Virus record (IMG/VR): IMGVR_UViG_3300014208_000012
Location: 1 to 48,404 of that record
Reading direction: 5' to 3' (one strand)
DNA from: a virus
Lineage: Duplodnaviria > Caudoviricetes
Length of the DNA: 48,404 nt
The notes under the pieces were generated by a model, which was given only the letters and a program-made list of their open reading frames with translations, ran no database searches and was not told the DNA's origin. Positions 17,021-23,707 of the stretch are shown one piece after another; position 1 is the first letter of the stretch; each line of letters starts with the position of its first letter. The position numbers were made by a program, and so were the translations under genes.

Positions 17021-17175
17021 CGCCTTTGTCCTTTCTGTTTAATCCCCGGGCCCTGCCGGCCTCCCGAGCCCGGGGCGTTTTTTCCTTCGCGGCTCTGCTG
17101 CCGCGTCGGTTCCCCCTCGGGGCCAGCGGGGAAGTTACCTTTGTCACGTCTGCCGGTATACGACACCCGGCAAAG

Positions 17176-17248
17176 TGGCGGGGGGCGGTTACGATCCGCC
17201 GATCTCTGGCGTATGAGGCCAGCGTGTTAGCCACTACACTACCCCGCG
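17176..17248 (-). tRNA. tRNA with CAT anticodon (Met/fMet-like, atypical)
   Basis: Hand-folded cloverleaf: CGCGGGG/CCCCGCC acceptor (1:72 mismatch), GTGT/ACAC D-stem with GG in loop, CTGGC-CTCATAC-GCCAG, GGCGG-ATCGTAA-CCGCC; no encoded CCA. Confidence 0.85.
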
Positions 17249-17249
17249 A

Positions 17250-17490
17250 TGTTGCCGGTTACGTTTCCGGCGTAGCAGGTGCGCGCTTCCTGCTACCGTG
17301 CGGTTGCCGTGGGCCTGTAGCCCACGCGGCCCGGCTCCTCCCGCCGCAAGTCCTACCATGTCGTTCTTGGCACGGGCCAGCTTGTGGAACTATTCAGCAG
17401 CGCGGCGGCGGGATTATGACCAGGCCCGTTGACCAGGGTACCCGCCGGTGTGGATTGCTTGCAGCCCTTCACCGGAGCCGCGCTTACTGC
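17250..17490 (-). ncRNA. Putative structured RNA upstream of the tRNA
   Basis: No convincing gene; many GC stems and a possible 7-bp pseudoknot. Confidence 0.45.
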
Positions 17491-17492
17491 CA

Positions 17493-17509
17493 TCAGTTGT
17501 TAAAGGTGC
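17493..17509 (-). promoter_or_regulatory. boxA-like antitermination element
   Basis: GCACCTTTAACAACTGA resembles the rrn/nut boxA consensus and precedes the RNA block. Confidence 0.6.
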
Positions 17510-17524
17510 TGTGTACTACTTGCC

Positions 17525-18094
17525 TTATCTGCTGTAGCAAGTTACCTTCAGGTCGTCGGCCAGCACGTACACGGCGCAATGGTTGTTACCGGCGCTCCAC
17601 CAGGCGCACCGCTCGCTGAGGCACAGGAGACTGTCGTCGTCGTTGTTCGGCCGTACCAGGGGGCAGCGCTTCGGCCTGGGCAACGCGGGCCTCTCTGGCT
17701 CTTCGCTCTTTTCCTTTTCCTGGCAGCTATAGCCCAGGTGGACGACCTCTTGCGGATCGGTCAGGAGCAGCCCGAGAGCGACCAGGTTGGGCACATCCTG
17801 CCAGCACGGCTCACCGCAGAGGTGACAGGGCAGCGCCACCTGTAGGGTCACCCGGCCCTCACCGCCGCGCGGCCGGTGTACGCGAAAACGCAGGCCGTCG
17901 ATCATGATCGCGTCGTCCGGATCGATCTGGTCCAGCCGCGGGTCGTCCGCGGGGATCTCCAGCACGCGCGGGGCCAGCTCGTGGATGTAGCGGCGGTAGA
18001 CCTCGACCTCGCGTAGCAGACGCTCGTTCTCCGCCACGGCGAGGTATGCCTGGTGTTCAATCAATGCCTTCTGCGCTTCTTCTTGGATAGTCAC
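17525..18094 (-). CDS. Cys-rich hypothetical protein
   Basis: GTG start with GAGGAGGAG RBS; CHLC, CPL..CLSERCAWW..CA motifs. Confidence 0.7.
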   Translation of the reverse strand: MTIQEEAQKALIEHQAYLAVAENERLLREVEVYRRYIHELAPRVLEIPADDPRLDQIDPDDAIMIDGLRFRVHRPRGGEGRVTLQVALPCHLCGEPCWQDVPNLVALGLLLTDPQEVVHLGYSCQEKEKSEEPERPALPRPKRCPLVRPNNDDDSLLCLSERCAWWSAGNNHCAVYVLADDLKVTCYSR

Positions 18095-18105
18095 GTTCTC
18101 CTCCT

Positions 18106-18642
18106 CTAGTCCTCGTACTCCGGTGCCTTGACGTTGACGGATACCTTTTCCTCGAACTTGACGAAAGGCAGCGCGCCCGTTTTCTCGACCGCCCGAGCGT
18201 GCTTCGCCAAGAGCTTTTCGTTGAACGTCTCCGGGACCAGGATCCCCGGGATCTCGCCTGCGTGCGAGCGGGCGTAGGTGAGGGCCGCGGCCGGGTCGGT
18301 GATGCGGGCGACGCGGTCCACCCGGAAGCTGATGCCGGGGAGCAGGTGGCGATAGGTCGGGCTGCCGCTGTAGAGCAGGCGGGCCACGTCCTCGATGCGG
18401 GCGTCCAGCGTGCCGGCGATGGCCAGGGCCGCGCAGGACTCGTCGACGCGCTGCCGGAAGGTCTGCCACTCCACGGTGGCCTGCGCTGCCAGCTCGGCGG
18501 CGTGCGCCGCGGAAGCGGCCTGATCGGCGGCGGCGCGGGCCTCGCACCACTCCAGGTAGAGGTCGCCCAAGGCGATCTCAGGGTCGTTCGGGCAGGGCGG
18601 CGTCAGATCTAGCTCGAGCAGTTCCGTCGTTATCTCAGCCAT
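18106..18642 (-). CDS. Gam/Gp157-like coiled-coil protein (putative host nuclease inhibitor)
   Basis: Coiled-coil N-half, PGISFR..ITDPAAAL..IPG..FNEKLL C-half; next to the recombination gene. Confidence 0.55.
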   Translation of the reverse strand: MAEITTELLELDLTPPCPNDPEIALGDLYLEWCEARAAADQAASAAHAAELAAQATVEWQTFRQRVDESCAALAIAGTLDARIEDVARLLYSGSPTYRHLLPGISFRVDRVARITDPAAALTYARSHAGEIPGILVPETFNEKLLAKHARAVEKTGALPFVKFEEKVSVNVKAPEYED

Positions 18643-20206
18643 TGGAGGCCTCCTCTTCCGGCGCTTCTTCCGTCGCGGCCGGCTCTTCCGCGGGGAAGAG
18701 GGGCTGCTGGCCGTTTTCGGTGTTGACGTACGCCAGCGTCTCGCGCACATACTGCGCGGACACCTCGTCCAAGGGGCCCTCGGGGGCCAGGCGGATGTTG
18801 AGCATCAACAACTGCCCGTTTCCCCATTGCTTCAAGCTGGCCACGCCCTGGGGGTGGACGATGTGCAGGAACTGGTGCCGCAGGTTGTCGATCGATTCGT
18901 CGGGCAGGTCCGGCCAGATTTCCCGGAAGAGGATGGCCGCCTTGGTGATCGGCCCCTTTTGCGGTGGCTCGTTTCCCGGCATGTCGGCGACGGCCTTCTC
19001 CAGGTCGGCCAACCAGGTGATCCGGGCCTCGTTGTGCCATTCGCAGCCGAGATCCCGGCAGTGGGCGATAAAGGCGTCCTGCTGTCCCTTGGCGATGATG
19101 TCGAGGAGGGAAACGGGCCCGAGCGTATCGAGGAAAGCTCGTTCGCTCTTGCCGTCGTTCGGCCATCCGGCGGCGCGGGCCTCGGCCAGGCCGGTCTGCC
19201 AGAGCACGCTGCAGGCGGCCTTTTGCTCTTCCGTGACTTCGGGGCGGGCAGGCTTTTCTTCCCGGGGCTCTTCCTGGGCGGCGGCAAAGCCCGGCTTTTC
19301 CTCGACGAATTCAGCCTCGATTATTTCCCGGGCCTGACGCTCCTGGTCGGCTGTGCTGGCGTCGACCCAGTCGGGCTCTTGTCGTGGGCCGTGGGTCTCG
19401 TCGAGCAGCCCGGCGATCTCGTTCTGGGCGGCCTCGATCTGCTGATTAACCCAGGTAACGACCGGCTCGATCTCGACCATGTGCTTGAGCTGGCGGGCCC
19501 GGCCGCCGTCTTCCAGCGGCATCGAGACCATCCGCGGCACCCGGCGCAGCGTGCAGCGCATGTAGTACAGCGGCCAGTCGCTGCCTTCGAGGCGCCTCTT
19601 TTCCTCGATGTCGGCGAGCTGCGCGCAGAGGCCCAAGTCGTCGTTCTTGGAGGTGGTGACCAGGGAGACGAGCCCGGGCAGGTTGGCCTGCAGCAGTTCC
19701 AGCACGATCACGTAGAGACGGCCCACCCACTTGCAGCCCGGATTCTTCTTGGTCCGCTTCTCGGGATGGCCGTAGTACGGGCACGGCTCCGGCTTGGCCG
19801 GCGGGGAGACGTGAAAGACGCCCTCGGCGTCGCGCCAGAGGCTCATCTCGACGCCGTCGCAGCGGTGGGTCAGCCCGCCGGCCGTCCATTCCTCACTGGT
19901 GGTCTGAAAGACCTCGGCGGTGGTGGGGAAGGGCAGGATCACGTTGAGGGCGGTCGGCTTGTCTCCATAGGCGGCCTTGAACGCGGCCATCACCTCGGGC
20001 CGGTCGCTCTCGAAGCGAAAGTACGGCAGCTCGGCGCCGGGGTAGCGGGCGATCGAACCGTCGTCACGCTTCTTTTCGCGCATCGGGCCGCCCTTGTGCA
20101 GCCGCCCGATCGTCGCCTGCATCGGGATCACGCTCTCGGAATCGGTGACGCCGCGAATGCCCCTCATCGTGCGGTTGGTTCGTGGCGTCCAAGTTGCGGT
20201 GGTCAT
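18635..20206 (-). CDS. phiC31 gp3-like (recombination directionality factor-like) protein with long C-terminal extension
   Basis: IGRLHKG, YFRF, HRCDG, CP...CKWVGRL, LVTTS pattern. Confidence 0.7.
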   Translation of the reverse strand: MTTATWTPRTNRTMRGIRGVTDSESVIPMQATIGRLHKGGPMREKKRDDGSIARYPGAELPYFRFESDRPEVMAAFKAAYGDKPTALNVILPFPTTAEVFQTTSEEWTAGGLTHRCDGVEMSLWRDAEGVFHVSPPAKPEPCPYYGHPEKRTKKNPGCKWVGRLYVIVLELLQANLPGLVSLVTTSKNDDLGLCAQLADIEEKRRLEGSDWPLYYMRCTLRRVPRMVSMPLEDGGRARQLKHMVEIEPVVTWVNQQIEAAQNEIAGLLDETHGPRQEPDWVDASTADQERQAREIIEAEFVEEKPGFAAAQEEPREEKPARPEVTEEQKAACSVLWQTGLAEARAAGWPNDGKSERAFLDTLGPVSLLDIIAKGQQDAFIAHCRDLGCEWHNEARITWLADLEKAVADMPGNEPPQKGPITKAAILFREIWPDLPDESIDNLRHQFLHIVHPQGVASLKQWGNGQLLMLNIRLAPEGPLDEVSAQYVRETLAYVNTENGQQPLFPAEEPAATEEAPEEEASNG

Positions 20207-20436
20207 TTTGTCGCTCCTTTCTTTCTCTCTCGGTCGGCCTCTCGTTCGACGATGAGCCGGCCCTTGTCGTGGATCGCCTCTAGCTTTTCCCGGGCCAACT
20301 GTAGCTCCAGTTTGGCCCGGGTGTCGGTGTTCGTGTGCGCCAGCCGGGCCAGGGCGAGGGTGACGTTCTCGCGGGCGGCGAAGGCCAGGCGGCAGATGTC
20401 GCTGGCGGTGTCAGTGTCCTTCCTCGGCCTGGCCAC
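20203..20436 (-). CDS. Hypothetical helical protein
   Basis: GTG start with GGAGG RBS; ATGA-coupled. Confidence 0.6.
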   Translation of the reverse strand: MARPRKDTDTASDICRLAFAARENVTLALARLAHTNTDTRAKLELQLAREKLEAIHDKGRLIVEREADRERKKGATK

Positions 20437-20761
20437 GGCGTACCTCCAGCTCGGCCGCGTCCGCCGCGGCCGTGAGTTTCCGGTCCAGCTCGTAGGAGCA
20501 AAGTGTGGCCGTGCCCAGAAGGAGGGCCACGATTACCAGGGTGGGGATGGCGGTGGCCAGGCCTTGCAGCGCCAGGGACAGCGAAGCGCAGAGCAGCAGC
20601 GTGGCCGTGCCCAGACTGTAGCGCATCAGGATGGACGTCCGCGGCCAGTAGTGCCGGACCAGCAGGTGCTGAACAAAGATGATCGGCGCTCCGGCGATGA
20701 TGACCACGGCGACGGGAATCCAGGTCTGGGCTAGTAGTAAGACAATTCCGGTGTTATCCAT
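20411..20761 (-). CDS. Three-TM membrane protein
   Basis: GAGGG RBS; three hydrophobic segments. Confidence 0.65.
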   Translation of the reverse strand: MDNTGIVLLLAQTWIPVAVVIIAGAPIIFVQHLLVRHYWPRTSILMRYSLGTATLLLCASLSLALQGLATAIPTLVIVALLLGTATLCSYELDRKLTAAADAAELEVRRGQAEEGH

Positions 20762-20812
20762 GGCGATTCGTCCCTCGTAGTAGAATGGTGCTGACAACAG
20801 CACCTTACCAAC

Positions 20813-21307
20813 TCAGCGATGAGCCAGCAGCCGCCCGGTGCGCGGGCTCCAGCGCTGGCCGCCGTAGCGACCGGGGCCGTTCGGGTTGACCAGCAGCCGG
20901 CTATCCCGCAGCTCCTGCCCGCAGGCGCAGAAGAAAAAAAGCAGCCTCTGGATGTTGTAGTGCGGATCGTCCAGGCCGAAGGTCAGCATCTTCTCGCCGC
21001 AGCTCGGGCAATTCCGGCGGCCGCGGCGCAGCTTCCAGGAGTGGCCGCCGGCGCAGACCGCGCAGCCGTCACGGTATTCCAGCTTCTGCCCACACTCCGG
21101 GCAGAGCACCGAGCTCGGCCGCTTGGCAGGAGCGGGAGGATCCTGCCGCGGCTGGGCCTGCGACTGGTGCGCCTGGCGCAGGGCGTCGAGCACGTCGCCG
21201 TATTCGGTACACGTGTACGGCGTGTTGTTATCGCACGGCCGGCCGAGCTTGCAGCGCAGGTCGATGACGCTCCAGTTGCGGCAGTAGGTGCGGCGGCGGT
21301 CTTCCAT
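20813..21307 (-). CDS. Multi-zinc-ribbon protein
   Basis: CPEC..CAVC, CPSC..CAC motifs; GGAGG RBS; TAATG coupling. Confidence 0.65.
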   Translation of the reverse strand: MEDRRRTYCRNWSVIDLRCKLGRPCDNNTPYTCTEYGDVLDALRQAHQSQAQPRQDPPAPAKRPSSVLCPECGQKLEYRDGCAVCAGGHSWKLRRGRRNCPSCGEKMLTFGLDDPHYNIQRLLFFFCACGQELRDSRLLVNPNGPGRYGGQRWSPRTGRLLAHR

Positions 21308-21999
21308 TAGCGTGCCTCCGCCTGACCCGAGGGCCAGATCACGAACAGCGGTGTCGCATCGATGATGCGCGCCGCAAGAAGGCGAGGGTCCCCGCCGGCA
21401 GCGCCCGGCGCGTCGCCGGCGGGGGTGACACTGGGAGAGAGAGGAGTCTCGCGCTCTTCGGGCGCGAGAGAGACGGCACCACGAACCTCGGCAGATACGT
21501 CGTACCGTCTCTCTCGCGTACAAGCAGGGTCGTCGGGTTCGAGCGGTATATCGTTCAATCGGGCAAATTCGCCGTGATATTTCAAGGCGGCCTCGTTGTA
21601 GGCAAGGGCGGCGTCGGCTGGGTCAGCGAAGAGGCCTAGCCAGCGCATCCGCCCGGCGACCTTGATCTTGGCCTGGTATTTCCCGCTGGCGCGATGAAAC
21701 GATACGCCTTTGAATCCGCTGTTGTTGTTCCTTGACCGTCTGCGGTTGGCCTGGTTCTGTGAATCCGTGCAGACCCTAAGATTCCGCCGCCGATTGTCGA
21801 GGCCATTCCGATTCTTATGATCGACCTTTTTGCCGTCACCAGTGACTAGGCCCGACAGAAAGCGGTGCATAGAAATTCCGTTATGGCCCTTGACGGCATA
21901 ACCGTTGCTGTGGCACCACGGCCCCGCTGCCATCACGCGCTCATAATCAGCGTCGTCAACGAGGGCAGCTTTTCCTTGGGTCAGCGGGATTTCACGCAT
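21307..21999 (-). CDS. HNH-AP2 homing endonuclease-like protein with C-terminal extension
   Basis: IPLTQGK..VDDADY, VDHKNRNGLDNRRRNLR, SGFKGVS...LGLF...AYNEAALKYHGEFARLN. Confidence 0.9.
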   Translation of the reverse strand: MREIPLTQGKAALVDDADYERVMAAGPWCHSNGYAVKGHNGISMHRFLSGLVTGDGKKVDHKNRNGLDNRRRNLRVCTDSQNQANRRRSRNNNSGFKGVSFHRASGKYQAKIKVAGRMRWLGLFADPADAALAYNEAALKYHGEFARLNDIPLEPDDPACTRERRYDVSAEVRGAVSLAPEERETPLSPSVTPAGDAPGAAGGDPRLLAARIIDATPLFVIWPSGQAEAR

Positions 22000-22001
22000 C
22001 G

Positions 22002-22193
22002 CTATTCCTTCCCTGCGCTCACGGGCGCGGGTTCGTCGCCGTCGCGCCGGTTCAGATATTCCAGGAGGGCCTCGTCGATCATCTCGGAGCGGTTCTTGGA
22101 GACGCCCGAGCGCCGCAGTTGGGCGAGGTAGACATCCACCTCGTAGAGTGTTTCGGCGTTGAAGGTTACGGTGGTTTGGATCTGCTCGGTCAT
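22002..22193 (-). CDS. Ribbon-helix-helix (Arc/CopG) regulator in the Cro-like position
   Basis: TTVTF beta strand and NRSEMIDEALLEYL helix. Confidence 0.8.
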   Translation of the reverse strand: MTEQIQTTVTFNAETLYEVDVYLAQLRRSGVSKNRSEMIDEALLEYLNRRDGDEPAPVSAGKE

Positions 22194-22238
22194 TTCTTTT
22201 CCTTCCCTGCGCGTGAGGTGCGCGGCCCCTGTCGATTC

Positions 22239-22580
22239 TTACCAGCCTGCCCGCTTGCAGATTCGAGAGTCGCGACCGAGGACTTCCATTACGAACCCAT
22301 CGGCAGCGTCCCAAATGGCCCATTCGAAATCGTCGCCCGTGTAAGAGGATAACCACCGTGCCCGAAGTTTGCAGGCTGCTGATTCCAGGTCGGCAACGGT
22401 TTTCCCGGTGCGGTTGAGCGCGTCCTTTACCAGTGAGTAATTGTGGTAGACGTTCTCGGTAATGGCTTCGATCAATTCGCCTTCGCGCAAGTTGTCCTGA
22501 AAGAGGCCGCGCTTGAAATCGTTTACCGTCCAGGTGATCTCGGCTTCTTCGATTTGCTGTAAGATTTCTCTGGCGTCCAT
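22239..22580 (-). CDS. Acidic hypothetical protein, first gene of the early operon
   Basis: AAAGGA RBS; directly downstream of a strong promoter. Confidence 0.7.
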   Translation of the reverse strand: MDAREILQQIEEAEITWTVNDFKRGLFQDNLREGELIEAITENVYHNYSLVKDALNRTGKTVADLESAACKLRARWLSSYTGDDFEWAIWDAADGFVMEVLGRDSRICKRAGW

Positions 22581-22631
22581 TTCATCGGTCCTTTCGTTGC
22601 TGCTCTCGTTTCGTGTGTGTGTACGTATGTG

Positions 22632-22660
22632 AGTATAACAGATAATTGAATTATTGTCAA
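22632..22660 (-). promoter_or_regulatory. Early lytic promoter with operator palindrome
   Basis: TTGACA-17-TATACT; spacer holds ATAATTGAATTAT (22642-22654); related copy at 22728-22740. Confidence 0.8.
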
Positions 22661-22757
22661 TCCCCTGTACTTCAAATAAAGCACCAGTTTCAACATTATC
22701 GGAAGTAGAAAGGCAAATTGCTCACAGGTGATTGAATTATGCTAAACGCTCTGTCAC

Positions 22758-22786
22758 TTCATCCAGTGGTTGAACTTTGCTATACT
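22758..22786 (+). promoter_or_regulatory. Repressor promoter giving a leaderless mRNA
   Basis: TTCATC-17-TATACT with extended TG; ATG 6 nt after the -10 and no RBS. Confidence 0.65.
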
Positions 22787-22792
22787 TCCTGT

Positions 22793-23158
22793 ATGAGCGA
22801 AGTCGGGGTTGTGCTGCGCCAGATAAGAAAAGACGCCAGGATGACACAGGAGGAGGTTGCCGAGGCGCTTGACATATCGGCTAACTATGTCAGCCTAGTA
22901 GAACGAGGCGACCGCACGCCCTCCTGGCGCTTCCTGGCGTCCTTTGCCAACCTGCTGAAGATTCCCGTCAACAGCTTGCTCACGGCCGCTGGGCTCGTGG
23001 ACACACCGGCGGTCAACGAGGAAGAGATTACCGCCCTCGTGGCGGTCAACCCCGACATGGCGGTCATCTTCGAGTTGGCGCGCAAGAACCCCCGGCAGCT
23101 ACCGGAGCTGGTCAAGTTTGCCAAGTACCTCATGAGTAAGGGTGAAGAAACCGAGTAG
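22793..23158 (+). CDS. XRE-family HTH immunity repressor
   Basis: LRQIRKDARMTQEEVAEALDISANYVSLVERGDRTPS; divergent from the early operon; no S24 peptidase domain. Confidence 0.9.
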   Translation: MSEVGVVLRQIRKDARMTQEEVAEALDISANYVSLVERGDRTPSWRFLASFANLLKIPVNSLLTAAGLVDTPAVNEEEITALVAVNPDMAVIFELARKNPRQLPELVKFAKYLMSKGEETE

Positions 23159-23164
23159 GGAGCC

Positions 23165-23431
23165 ATGCACCGCAAGTGGACCATCTCCACCGAAGAGGAC
23201 ATCCTCAAGACGATCCGCCGCTATCGCCGCGCCGCGTCCTGGGTTGTGGCCGGGCTGTGCGGCCTGGTGGTAGTTGTATCTTTCCCTTTTCGTGGTATAT
23301 TAGCAGTGTGGTACGGCGTCGTCGGCTGGGCCTTGTGTGCAGCCTGGCTGCTGGCGCTGGGGGAAACAGCGGAAAGGCGCGTCCACCAGGCGCTGCTCAG
23401 GTATATGCTGGCGATGTGTGTAAGGTGGTAA
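23165..23431 (+). CDS. Two-TM membrane protein (lysogeny unit)
   Basis: GGGAG RBS; two TM segments. Confidence 0.65.
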   Translation: MHRKWTISTEEDILKTIRRYRRAASWVVAGLCGLVVVVSFPFRGILAVWYGVVGWALCAAWLLALGETAERRVHQALLRYMLAMCVRW

Positions 23432-23443
23432 CGGGAGGACAAC

Positions 23444-23629
23444 GTGACTGAAAAGAAGAAAACATCGTGGAACAACGTCAAAGGCGGGGCCTTGTGCATG
23501 GTCGTCGGGATCGTGCTGCTCGTGCTCAATAACCCGCTGGGCAATTACTTTGGGTACGGCCTGCTGGCGCTGGGACTGATCGGGATCGTCTGGGGCGCGA
23601 TCGGCATGGTCAGGGGGAAGGTGAAATAG
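23444..23629 (+). CDS. Two-TM membrane protein (lysogeny unit)
   Basis: GGAGG RBS; TM hairpin. Confidence 0.7.
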   Translation: MTEKKKTSWNNVKGGALCMVVGIVLLVLNNPLGNYFGYGLLALGLIGIVWGAIGMVRGKVK

Positions 23630-23640
23630 CACGTCTGCTA

Positions 23641-23673
23641 TGTTTGCGCGCAAACGTCTTCCTTTGCTATAAT
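23641..23673 (+). promoter_or_regulatory. Promoter of the MTase-nuclease gene with an overlapping palindrome
   Basis: TGcTATAAT extended -10; perfect GTTTGCGCGCAAAC palindrome over the -35 region. Confidence 0.65.
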
Positions 23674-23707
23674 GCTCTCACCAGATCATTGAAAGGAAGC
23701 AAACGGG

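Noticed and set aside
17100-17175. Theta/HDV-like ribozyme after the tRNA
   Set aside because: The first stem's 10-nt loop cannot hold P2+P3+L3; hammerhead core motifs were also not seen
17353-17493. 46-codon minus-strand ORF within the structured block
   Set aside because: No RBS; the base-pairing pattern explains the sequence better
18827-20734. 635-aa + strand ORF and similar long antisense ORFs (27787-29007, 30266-31414, 31427-32704, 38474-39862, 46395-47612)
   Set aside because: Shadow frames of GC-rich genes; no motifs or RBS
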